Positions 7,774 through 15,778 of a DNA stretch of 20,920 nucleotides are shown here, piece after piece. Each line of letters opens with the position of its first letter. Position 1 is the first letter of the stretch. The translations under genes and the position numbers were made by a program. The stretch is from Candidatus Eiseniibacteriota bacterium (lineage in GTDB: Bacteria > Joyebacterota > Joyebacteria > Joyebacterales > Joyebacteraceae), in contig JBDRFG010000170.1 of assembly GCA_043819135.1 (NCBI GenBank), positions 1 through 20,920 of the forward strand, in the 5' to 3' direction. The notes beneath the pieces are model-generated. The model saw only the letters and a list, made by a program, of their open reading frames with translations, was not told the origin of the DNA and ran no database searches.

Positions 7774-9222
7774 ATGCGTTCCAGCGGTAGCGTATTGATT
7801 GTGTGCCTCGCGGTGCTGATTCTGGGACCGGTGCTGGCACTCGCCAACGGTTTCTACGTGCCAACCGTGGGTTCGCGCGCGGGTGCCATGGGTGGCGCCT
7901 TCATCGGTCTTGCCGACGACTACAGTGCCGTCTACTGGAACCCCGCCGGCATCACTCAGATCAAGGGCATGGAGGTGACCGCCACGGGTCATGACGTCGT
8001 GTCGTTAGCTTCCCGTGAGGGGTTCGTGAGGTTCGACGGGTACGGGGGTGCCGCCGACAGATACGCTTTGGGCAGCATCGCGGCGACCAACAGGACGAGC
8101 AACAACCTTTCGCCGGGCTTCTTCTTCCTCACGGACGCAGGTCCCTTGCGCTCTGTCTTCGATAAGGTAGGAGTGGCTGCGTACACCCTGTCGGGCTACG
8201 GCTGCAGGTGGGACGGAGACGATGTCCTCGACAACGCCGACTTCGTTGACCATCAGCACAACTTCAACTACCTGGCACTCATCGGCGAGACCCAGGACTA
8301 CGAGAGCGACATGAGGGCCTACGTCATCTCCCCGGTGATCGCCAACGAATTGATGCCGGGCCTGAGCGTGGGGGTGACGGCCAACTTCACCTACGGCCAC
8401 TTCCAGCTGAGCGATGTTTACATGGGCACGTACGTCGATACTACTGAGACGCCGGAGCCGGATGACGACTATGGCCTCCTGTTCTCGCCGGTGAGTGTCA
8501 GCGACGACGTCACGGGATGGGGCTACGGCGCCACCGTCGGTGTCCTCTACCGCGCGAGCACTGAACTGAGCGTGGGGGCGACCTTCTGCACGCCCACGAC
8601 CATGAACTACGAGGGCACGCTTCAGGTCAGCTACGACTTCATACCAGCGATGGATGGCCTTCTCGAGACCACGCAGCAGACGCTCACATACGCGAGCGAC
8701 TTCACGGTCAAATACCCGATGTGGATCGGCGGAGGTCTGGCCTACAGGGACTTCATCTTCGATGGCCTCACGATGACTGGCGGGGCGCAGTGGACGGCCT
8801 GGTCCACCCTCGAGAGCATCGACAGGAACGTCATCTGGGGAGGTTCGTGGCTCTCCCCAGAGGCTCAGATCCTCACTCGCCTCGAGCAGAGCGAACTCGA
8901 GGTGACCGAACTCCAGTGGGAAGACACGCTTGAGTTCGCCGTCGGGTTCGACTACAGACTGGGCAGGTCGATGTCAATCAGCATGGGTTACAGAAACTCT
9001 CCGTCGCCTGTGCCGGACGAGACATACGACTTCCTGATGCCGCAGTCGTCCAAGAACGTGATCAGTGGAGGCGTGAGCTACCGCCAGGACTACTGGCGCG
9101 CCTCGTTCGCGCTGGAGTATCAGGCGGGCGACGAGCGCAGGATCGTCGGGACCGAGGACATGAACGGGAAGCACGTCGAGGACCTTCTTGTCCCGTCTCT
9201 GTCGTTCACGTATTCGTTCTAG
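7774..9222 (+). CDS. OmpP1/FadL/TodX-family outer-membrane beta-barrel transport protein
   Basis: Signal peptide ending ALA, then NGFYVPTVGSRAGAMGGAFIGLADDYSAVYWNPAGI, the family N-terminal signature. Ends in a C-terminal Phe beta-signal (SLSFTYSF). AGGAGG at 7761-7766; start is GTG 7771 or ATG 7774. Confidence 0.88.
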   Translation: MRSSGSVLIVCLAVLILGPVLALANGFYVPTVGSRAGAMGGAFIGLADDYSAVYWNPAGITQIKGMEVTATGHDVVSLASREGFVRFDGYGGAADRYALGSIAATNRTSNNLSPGFFFLTDAGPLRSVFDKVGVAAYTLSGYGCRWDGDDVLDNADFVDHQHNFNYLALIGETQDYESDMRAYVISPVIANELMPGLSVGVTANFTYGHFQLSDVYMGTYVDTTETPEPDDDYGLLFSPVSVSDDVTGWGYGATVGVLYRASTELSVGATFCTPTTMNYEGTLQVSYDFIPAMDGLLETTQQTLTYASDFTVKYPMWIGGGLAYRDFIFDGLTMTGGAQWTAWSTLESIDRNVIWGGSWLSPEAQILTRLEQSELEVTELQWEDTLEFAVGFDYRLGRSMSISMGYRNSPSPVPDETYDFLMPQSSKNVISGGVSYRQDYWRASFALEYQAGDERRIVGTEDMNGKHVEDLLVPSLSFTYSF

Positions 9223-9247
9223 CGGGACAGCGGAGCTCTGATCTTTC

Positions 9248-9283
9248 GGCCGGCACCGCTACCCGGTGCCGGCCTTCCTTTAT
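9248..9283 (+). terminator. Rho-independent terminator after the OmpP1-like gene
   Basis: Perfect 11-bp stem GGCCGGCACCG (9248-9258) / CGGTGCCGGCC (9264-9274) with a 5-nt loop, followed by TTCCTTTAT. Confidence 0.7.
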
Positions 9284-9325
9284 CTGAGCACGTCGGACAC
9301 CGGTCGGAGGAGAGGTTCGTTACGC

Positions 9326-11821
9326 ATGACACGCTATCCGTTTGTTGACATAGAGCCGAAGTGGCAGGAACGGTGGGACGAGCGGGGGCTCTTCCGATGT
9401 CCGACCGATTCAGAGAACAGGTACTACTGCCTCGTGATGTACCCGTACCCGTCGGGTGACCTCCACGTCGGCCACGGCCGCAACTACATCATCGGGGACT
9501 CCGTTGCGCGCTACCGTATGATGACGGGGAGGTCAGTCCTGACCCCCATGGGCTGGGACGCGTTCGGGCTGCCCGCGGAGAACGCGGCGATCGAGAAGGG
9601 AATCCATCCACCTGTCTGGACCGACGCCAACATCGTCAAGATGAAGGACCAGTTCCGCAACTGGGGGATCGGCTACGACTGGGACCGGGAGTTCGCCTCC
9701 CACCAGCCGGCCTTCTACAGATGGACGCAGTGGATCTTCCTCAAGCTCTTCGAGCACGGCCTCGCGTACCGGAAGGGCGCCCCGGTCAACTGGTGTCCGT
9801 CGTGCGCCACGGTCCTCGCGAACGAGCAGGTGGTCGAGGGCAGGTGCGAGCGCTGCAAGTCCGTGGTGACGATTCGCGACCTCGAGCAGTGGTTCTTCAA
9901 GATCACGGACTACGCGGACAGGCTGCTCGACGGCCTGGATGAGTTGCCCGGCTGGCCCGAGCGCGTCAAGTCGATGCAGCGGCACTGGATCGGTCGCAGC
10001 GGGGGAGTCGAGATCGACTTCACGGTGGCAGAGACCGGCGAGCCGCTTCCGTGCTTCACCACTCGCGTCGACACCATATTCGGCGTCACCTACATGGTGA
10101 TGGCCGCTGAGCACCCGGCCCTCAAGGGGCTCGTAGCGGGCACCGGGCAGGAGGCGGAGGTGACGGCCTTCGCGGACGGCGTCAAGGCCGCGGGCTCGAT
10201 AGTCCGCGGAGACGCGGACGTCCCCAAGGAGGGCGTCTGGACCGGTCGGCACGTCATCAATCCAGCAAACGGCGAGAAGGTGCAGCTGTGGGTCGCGAAC
10301 TACGTGCTGATGGAGTACGGGACCGGAGCCGTCATGGCGGTGCCTGCGCACGACCAGAGGGACTTCGAGTTCGCGAGGGAATACGGCCTGCCCGTACGCG
10401 TTGTCATCGACAGCCCGGACGGCGGCCTTGACGGCGCGACGATGACGGAGGCCTACGTCGAGGACGGCGTTCAGGTCAACTCTGCACAGTTCGACGGACT
10501 TCCCAATCGCGAGGCGATGGAGAGCATCGCCGACTGGATGGAGGGGAAGGGCATAGGGCGGCGTGCCGTAAGCTTCAGGCTGCGGGACTGGTTGATCTCG
10601 AGACAGCGCTACTGGGGCACGCCCATTCCCATCATCTACTGCGACAAGTGCGGGATCCAGGCGGTCCCTTACGACGACCTGCCGGTACTGCTTCCGACCG
10701 ACGTCACGTTCTCCGGCAAGGGTGAGTCGCCGCTGACTACGTCTGAGACCTTCCTCAAGGCCCGGTGCCCGAAGTGCGGGGGCGAGGGGAGGAGGGAGAC
10801 CGATACGCTCGATACGTTCGTCGACTCCAGCTGGTACCTGCTGCGCTACATTTCGCCCGGCGAGGAGTCCGTGCCCTTCGTCAAGGCGGACGTGAACAGG
10901 TGGCTCCCCGTCGACAGATACATCGGCGGGATCGAGCACGCCTGCGGACACCTCATCTTCGTCAGGTTCATGACGAAGGTGCTGAGGGATCTCGGTTTTC
11001 TGTCGTTCGACGAGCCGATCGAGAGGCTGTTCTGTCAGGGCATGATCACAAAGGACGGCGCGAAAATGTCGAAGTCGCTGGGCAACGTCGTCCCGCCCGA
11101 CGAGCTGATCGGGCGATACGGCGCCGACACCGAGCGGCTCTACACGCTCTTCAGCGGACCCCCGGACCGCGACGCGGAGTGGAACGACACCGCGGTCGAG
11201 GGAGCGCACCGCTTTCTGAACCGCGTCTGGAATCTCGCGCTCGATTGGCGCTTCGACACGTCGGCGTCCGGGGCCGTCTGCACGGAGCTGGCCTGTGATG
11301 GACTCCCTGACAACGTGAGTGATCTGCACAGAAAGACGCACCAGACCATCAGGAAGGTGACCGCAGACTTCGAGGCGTTTCACTTCAACACGGCCGTAGC
11401 GGCCGCGATGGAGCTGGTCAACTCCACGCGCTCGTTCATCGATGCGCTCGGTAGGAGGGACGCAACGCGTGTGGAACGCGCCGCTGTCTCGGAGGCCGTT
11501 GAGAATCTCGTGCTGCTACTGGCGCCGATGGTGCCGCACATCGCCGAGGAGATATGGGAGAAGAACGGTGGCGGTGGCTCCGTATTCGAGCAGTCCTGGC
11601 CGACGTTCGACGAACTTGCTGCGGTCGAGGACGTCGTGACCGTGGCGGTCCAGATCAACGGCAAGCTCCGTGGCGAGGTCGATGTCGCGCGAGGCGCCTC
11701 GCAGGACGAGGTTCTCGAGCTGGCCATGGCGGACGAACACGTTCAGAAGCACGTTGAGGGCAAGACGGTCCGTAAGGTCATCCACGTGCCGGACAGGATC
11801 CTGAATCTGGTGGTCGGCTGA
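9326..11821 (+). CDS. leuS: Leucine--tRNA ligase
   Basis: YPSGDLHVGH (HIGH motif), GWDAFGLPAENAA, CP1 editing motifs FTTRVDT and GTGAVMAVPAHDQRD, DWLISRQRYWG, KMSKSLGN, VQINGKLR. ATG 9326 follows GGAGGAGAGG. Confidence 0.97.
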   Translation: MTRYPFVDIEPKWQERWDERGLFRCPTDSENRYYCLVMYPYPSGDLHVGHGRNYIIGDSVARYRMMTGRSVLTPMGWDAFGLPAENAAIEKGIHPPVWTDANIVKMKDQFRNWGIGYDWDREFASHQPAFYRWTQWIFLKLFEHGLAYRKGAPVNWCPSCATVLANEQVVEGRCERCKSVVTIRDLEQWFFKITDYADRLLDGLDELPGWPERVKSMQRHWIGRSGGVEIDFTVAETGEPLPCFTTRVDTIFGVTYMVMAAEHPALKGLVAGTGQEAEVTAFADGVKAAGSIVRGDADVPKEGVWTGRHVINPANGEKVQLWVANYVLMEYGTGAVMAVPAHDQRDFEFAREYGLPVRVVIDSPDGGLDGATMTEAYVEDGVQVNSAQFDGLPNREAMESIADWMEGKGIGRRAVSFRLRDWLISRQRYWGTPIPIIYCDKCGIQAVPYDDLPVLLPTDVTFSGKGESPLTTSETFLKARCPKCGGEGRRETDTLDTFVDSSWYLLRYISPGEESVPFVKADVNRWLPVDRYIGGIEHACGHLIFVRFMTKVLRDLGFLSFDEPIERLFCQGMITKDGAKMSKSLGNVVPPDELIGRYGADTERLYTLFSGPPDRDAEWNDTAVEGAHRFLNRVWNLALDWRFDTSASGAVCTELACDGLPDNVSDLHRKTHQTIRKVTADFEAFHFNTAVAAAMELVNSTRSFIDALGRRDATRVERAAVSEAVENLVLLLAPMVPHIAEEIWEKNGGGGSVFEQSWPTFDELAAVEDVVTVAVQINGKLRGEVDVARGASQDEVLELAMADEHVQKHVEGKTVRKVIHVPDRILNLVVG

Positions 11822-11822
11822 C

Positions 11823-13005
11823 ATGCGCGCCGTTGGCGCGCGAGGGGCCGAACGACGCATGGACGAAGCACGGCGCGTTCGGACGGCAATCGTTGTGGTG
11901 GTCGCCGGGGTGGCGCTCGCGGTTCTCTGGGTGGCCCTCCGTCTGCGGCCCACGGCCGTGCGGGTCTGGGCTCCTGACCCTCGGGTTTCTTCTGCTCGGT
12001 AACCTCACCCAGGGCGGCTTCCGCATCGCCTTCGCCGCTCCGCTTCGAATCCTGCCGCCCGGTCGCCACTACGTCGCCGCCGCATCGAGCATCACGAATG
12101 GGGCCGAGTGGCTCCGCTCGTTCACGAGCATCCAAAGCGGACTCTATCGCTCGCCGAGCACGCACCCGCCGTTCGCCGTGCTCCTGCACAGAGTCCTCAG
12201 TGACCCCACGATCATCGCGGTCGTCTTCACGCTTGTTGCGAGTCTTTCCGTGCTGCTGGTCCGGCGGACCCTCATCGTCCTCGGCGTGCATGAGAGAAGA
12301 GCGACGCTCGCTGCGCTCTTCTTCGCGCTCATCCCGGCCTTCAACATCTACGGTGGGGTGAGCCTCGACGGCGTCATCCTGACGACGAGCACGCTCTGTC
12401 TGCTCGGCCTCGCGCGACTGACGCACGAGGCGAAGTGGTCGTGGGGCGCGTTCTCCTGGCTCGCAGCGGGCTTCCTTCTGACGAACGCTCTGACCCTTGG
12501 AGGTCTGTTCCTTGCTGGAGTGATGCTCGTTTTCGCCTTCGGGAACCGGACTGCAGCAAGAGCGCTGCTGCTGGTCGCGGATCGGGGGGCGGCATGTCTG
12601 GCCGCGATGAAGTTCGGGCTTGGCTACGACCACGTCGCCGCGTTCCGAAACGCGTCCATCGCGGAGAATCCACTCGGCTTCGAGCTCGTCGGGAACACGC
12701 GCCACTACTTGTTCACGAGGTTCGAGAATGTGGGCAACATCCTGCTGTTCTTCTCAATACCTGCTCTCGCGGTCTTCTTCCACAGGAGGTCGGAGCGCAT
12801 CGGCGTTGCCGGCATGGCCGTGCTGGGGGCCATGTTCCTCGCGGGCAGCTGCCGGACGGGAGAGGCCGCTCGCGCGACCATGTTCATCTTTCCGTTCCTC
12901 GTTCTGAGCTTCCGTGACAGCGGGGAGTCCGTCCTGCGCTACCTGGTCGCGGGCGCCGGCATCCAGACCATCCTCATGCAGCTCGTGGGCGGCTACGGCT
13001 GCTGA
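11823..13005 (+). pseudogene. Multi-TM GT-C-like (mannosyltransferase-like) membrane protein, apparently split by a +1 frameshift at 11968-11970
   Basis: The frame from ATG 11823/11859 encodes a clean TM helix (TAIVVVVAGVALAVLWVAL) and stops at TAA 12000-12002. Deleting one G from GGG 11968-11970 joins it to the long hydrophobic frame (..RVWLLTLGFLLLGNLTQGG..STHPPFAVLL..SLDGVI..GEAARA..), which ends at 13005. Confidence 0.55.
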
Positions 13006-13204
13006 GCCAGAGGCTGCTCCAGATCGTCCGCAACGGCGCTTCGAACACACTCGTGTCACAGGCCGTCGGCGCGGGGCGCGCCCGCTGGGGGAACGCACTC
13101 GTCCGCTTCGTCACTGCGCGCTGCGCCCGCGAGACTAACACGAACGCCCGCGCCACGGGGGTGGGGCGCCAGTGAGAGCTTGTGTGATCCATCTCCAATA
13201 GGCG

Positions 13205-13232
13205 AGTTTACAGAATATGTATTATGCGACGT
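13205..13232 (-). other. dif-like XerC/XerD recombination site (11-6-11)
   Basis: Minus strand reads ACGTCGCATAA-TACATA-TTCTGTAAACT. The left arm shares CGCATAA with E. coli dif. The right arm matches B. subtilis TTATGTAAACT at 10/11 and E. coli TTATGTTAAAT at 8/11. It is an intergenic AT-rich island at the strand switch. Confidence 0.8.
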
Positions 13233-13359
13233 ATAAGGAGGAGGCTGGGTGGGGGCTCCGAGAGGCACTGCGGGTTTCTTTGAGAGTCTTCCTGTTGAGC
13301 CGTCAGGCGCCTGGCGCTGCCCTACCGACGGTCGCGTGCGTCTTCTCGCCCGAGACGCG

Positions 13360-13391
13360 AAACGGCGGACTTCCCTTGTGGAAGCCCGCCG
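13360..13391 (-). terminator. Probable terminator-like hairpin downstream of the TPR gene
   Basis: Minus strand reads CGGCGGGCTTCC-ACAAG-GGAAGTCCGCCG-TTT: a 12-bp stem whose single G-U pair forms only on the minus strand. The U-tail is short. Confidence 0.45.
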
Positions 13392-13462
13392 CCAATGTCT
13401 GTAGTCAGTTTGTCCGGGAGATAGCGCGACCCGACGTGCGGTGACCCGCGAAGGCAGGGGGC

Positions 13463-14149
13463 CTACGAGTTCAGGTAGACGCTGGCCTCGGCCAGGTTGG
13501 TCCTGGCGTCGCCGGCCCAGGGCGTGTCGGGATGATGGTCGACGATATCTGTGGCCGTCTCTTGCACGGCGTTCCAGTCCTTGGCCGAGCGATAGCATCG
13601 CATCGCGTCCGCCAGGTAGCGCGCTTCGGTGGATTCGAGCGCGCGCGACGCGGTGGCCAGTTTCTTGTAGATGTCCGCTGCTGCCAGGAAGTCTCTCCGC
13701 TGCTCCAGGACCGAGGCCTTGCCCTCGAGAGCGACCTTCCCGAGCGTGCCCTTGTTGCCGTATCTGTCAAGATATGCCTGGAAGTTCTCCAGTGCAGGAT
13801 CGTACTGCTGCTGCAGGAAGAAGATGGTTCCGAGGTAGCACGTCGCAGCGCCTGCGCTCCGCGTGCCGGGATAGGTGTCGATGACGGACTGATACTCTTG
13901 CGACGCCTGCGCGAGCAGTCCGGAGCTTGCGCTCTGCGAAGCGGTCATCAGGTCCGCGCTGGCAGCCAGCTCCGTCGCCTTCTGCCCGAGGACCACCATC
14001 ACGACGACGATGGCGACGACCACGACGGCTGCAATCCCTATGAGGACCTTGTTCAGGTGGTCCTCTATGAATTTGGTTCCCTTCGCGGTCGTTTCCAGAA
14101 GGGCGTCGTGCTTGAGGCCCTTCTTCGTTATGCGAGTTCTCTTGCCCAA
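13463..14149 (-). CDS. Membrane-anchored tetratricopeptide-repeat protein (YfgM-like)
   Basis: Basic N-terminus (RITKKGLKHD), one TM helix (VLIGIAAVVVVAIVVVMVVL), then TPR-like helices (YQSVIDTYPGT..ATCYLGTIFF..ALENFQAYLDRY). TTG start follows GGAGG. Confidence 0.8.
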   Translation of the reverse strand: MGKRTRITKKGLKHDALLETTAKGTKFIEDHLNKVLIGIAAVVVVAIVVVMVVLGQKATELAASADLMTASQSASSGLLAQASQEYQSVIDTYPGTRSAGAATCYLGTIFFLQQQYDPALENFQAYLDRYGNKGTLGKVALEGKASVLEQRRDFLAAADIYKKLATASRALESTEARYLADAMRCYRSAKDWNAVQETATDIVDHHPDTPWAGDARTNLAEASVYLNS

Positions 14150-14227
14150 CGTGACCTCCGTGCGGGTGTTTGAGAATGCGCCGAGAGAGCCTGATACCCC
14201 TCCCCCGGCGGGTCAGTCTGTAGGGAC

Positions 14228-14256
14228 AAGTTAGCACGAAGGATGGGCCGTGTCAA
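14228..14256 (-). promoter_or_regulatory. Sigma70-type promoter for the TPR gene
   Basis: Perfect -35 TTGACA (14256-14251), 17-bp spacer, and extended -10 TG-C-TAACTT (14233-14228). Confidence 0.6.
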
Positions 14257-14358
14257 TGCAAGGAGCGGCTGTGGCAGGTCGTGTCTACCCCGGGGAATGC
14301 TTGCGGCGGGGTGTCTCCGGGAGACGGCGGAAGGACCTCGATCCTCGCGCCGGGCCCG

Positions 14359-14393
14359 AAAGAAAGGGGCCCCGTGCAGTCGCACGGGGCCCC
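14359..14393 (-). terminator. Rho-independent terminator after the secreted LTD-like gene
   Basis: Perfect 12-bp stem GGGGCCCCGTGC / GCACGGGGCCCC (14366-14393) with a 4-nt loop, followed on the minus strand by TTTCTTT. Confidence 0.85.
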
Positions 14394-14423
14394 CAGAACC
14401 GGCTTGACACCGGCTGTTCCATA

Positions 14424-15110
14424 TCACCGATAGAGTGCCTTGACGGTGCCCCACGAACTCTGCTCGGTGGGCGTCGCCGGGCATTCGTTCGGTAGACCGG
14501 GCGTACTGTCGACGTAGAACGGATCGACGCAGCCGGTGATCTCGAAGCACATGAAGACGAACTCACCCGTGCAGTCGTCGCAGCGTGCGAGGCCGGGGGG
14601 GAAGTAACTTCCATCGGGACCGTACACCGGAGCGCCGTAGTAGCAGAAATCGAGCGGATCGCCGTCGGTCGGGCACACCATATCGATGATCGTACCGACA
14701 GAGACCTCCTCGATGCCGTCATTATCGGTGTCGACGTCGGTGGACGTCGTGATATCGCCGGGGAGATCCTGAACGAGAAGGATCGTCTCCGTCCCGTTCT
14801 CGATCCTGTCCGACGTCCCGATGCTGTAGTCCTGATTCGCCACGGCGTCATCCGTCATCGCGAAGAAACCGTCGGCGGGAATCACGTAGCCGTCGAGCGG
14901 CCAGATTCTATCGACTAAACCCCAGCCGGTTCCCTGGCCTTCGATGACGATAACGGCGTAGCCGTCGAGCGACATGTCGGGCGGACCGCAGAGCTCGATG
15001 TACTCGTAGGAGTCGGTCCCGGTCATGCTGATGAACGCCTCGTTAATCACGAGTTGCGCGAACGCGGGCACAGCGATCAGAACGAGAGCAATAACAAACA
15101 GCGTTTTCAT
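14424..15110 (-). CDS. Secreted acidic protein with a lamin-tail-domain-like fold and C-terminal SWGxVKALYR motif (228 aa)
   Basis: ATG 15110 follows GGAGG. Signal peptide MKTLFVIALVLIAVPAFA. LTD-like LVINE..DSYEYIELCG..SLDGY..IPADGFF, DTDNDG Ca-binding-like loop, several Cys, and the ending PATPTEQSSWGTVKALYR. Confidence 0.75.
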   Translation of the reverse strand: MKTLFVIALVLIAVPAFAQLVINEAFISMTGTDSYEYIELCGPPDMSLDGYAVIVIEGQGTGWGLVDRIWPLDGYVIPADGFFAMTDDAVANQDYSIGTSDRIENGTETILLVQDLPGDITTSTDVDTDNDGIEEVSVGTIIDMVCPTDGDPLDFCYYGAPVYGPDGSYFPPGLARCDDCTGEFVFMCFEITGCVDPFYVDSTPGLPNECPATPTEQSSWGTVKALYR

Positions 15111-15372
15111 CTTTTCCTCCACTTTGGGAGTGAACCTTTCACAACGAGCAACCCTCACTCACAACACACGGCTCGGAAGCGCTCAACGAACGAACGGCAT
15201 TCCTGCCGCATTCGTAGCTCAACAGGTCCCGTTACCACCTCCTTGTTTCGGGCCTGCGGACCGCTCGACCCACGATCGGCCGATCGGACCCTCTCCTGTC
15301 TCACGAATATCGGTACACGACCGCGTCCACATCCTGCGCGGACGCAGCTCAGCGCCTCCCCCAAGCAGGTAC

Positions 15373-15402
15373 ATTATACCACAAGGTTGGAAAATCCGTC
15401 AA
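15373..15402 (-). promoter_or_regulatory. Strong sigma70-type promoter for the secreted protein
   Basis: -35 TTGACG (15402-15397), 18-bp spacer, and extended -10 TG-G-TATAAT (15378-15373). Confidence 0.7.
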
Positions 15403-15477
15403 GTGCAAGTCTGAGGCAGGGAAGCGGGAATATGGCAGGCAGAACGCATCCGGGCCGGGTCCGGCACTCTGTGATTC

Positions 15478-15678
15478 CTATGAGTGTTGCTTGACAAAAG
15501 CAGATATGGAACGGTCGTAGGTCCGCTCGGCGGCCTCGCCGAAATAGCACGCGGGCAGCTCTCCGGCCTTCCTGTGGTAGCTCAGGCACTCGCAGCACAC
15601 GCCCTTACGGCTGCAGGGCTCGTAGGTGCAGTTGCAGCGGGCCAGATTGGTCTCGCGGCTCGGGCAGTCCTTTCCCAT
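15478..15678 (-). CDS. Small Cys-rich protein, 66 aa (resembles DUF6485 family)
   Basis: Pattern [21 protein letters not shown]...ELPACYF...ERTYDRS with 8 Cys. RBS GGGGAGGAG before the ATG. DUF number is from recall. Confidence 0.8.
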   Translation of the reverse strand: MGKDCPSRETNLARCNCTYEPCSRKGVCCECLSYHRKAGELPACYFGEAAERTYDRSISAFVKQHS

Positions 15679-15730
15679 TTGCTCCTCCCCTTCGACCGGA
15701 CCCGCGGACCTGATCGGCCCGGAAACAGAG

Positions 15731-15757
15731 CGCCCGGCGGGGGCTGTCCGCCGGGCG
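15731..15757 (-). terminator. GC-rich intergenic hairpin (weak terminator or mRNA-stabilising stem)
   Basis: Perfect 10-bp stem CGCCCGGCGG / CCGCCGGGCG with a 7-nt loop, followed on the minus strand by CTCTGTTTCC (poor U-tract). Confidence 0.4.
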
Positions 15758-15778
15758 TCCGAAGTCCAAGGTCCCTGC

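Noticed and set aside
10920..10975. LeuS motif reads EHACGHLIFVRF rather than EHAxxHLLYxRF
   Set aside because: The key His and Arg residues are retained and this segment varies among bacterial LeuRS, so there is no basis for claiming altered specificity.
1303..11383. Long antisense ORFs (1303-3078, 3851-5269, 9533-11383 and similar)
   Set aside because: They are shadows of well-supported + strand genes, expected in high-GC DNA, and show no recognisable motifs.
3817..13059. Similar intergenic strings TTCGA..CGTGTCAC at about 3818-3836 and 13040-13059 as a shared regulator site
   Set aside because: Only two copies with different spacing, and the second is not upstream of a clear gene. Compatible with chance.
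13217..13444. 75-aa ORF from the track in the convergent intergenic region
   Set aside because: It starts inside the dif-like site, has no RBS and shows no protein-like features.
13006..13462. tRNA, tmRNA, 6S, SRP RNA or CRISPR array in the largest intergenic gap
   Set aside because: No cloverleaf, no recognisable conserved RNA motifs and no regularly spaced direct repeats were seen. An Rfam scan would be needed to exclude divergent RNAs.
15155..15364. 69-aa minus-strand ORF within the long leader
   Set aside because: Its TTG start lies at the predicted transcription start with no RBS, and the composition is unremarkable. Better explained as UTR.
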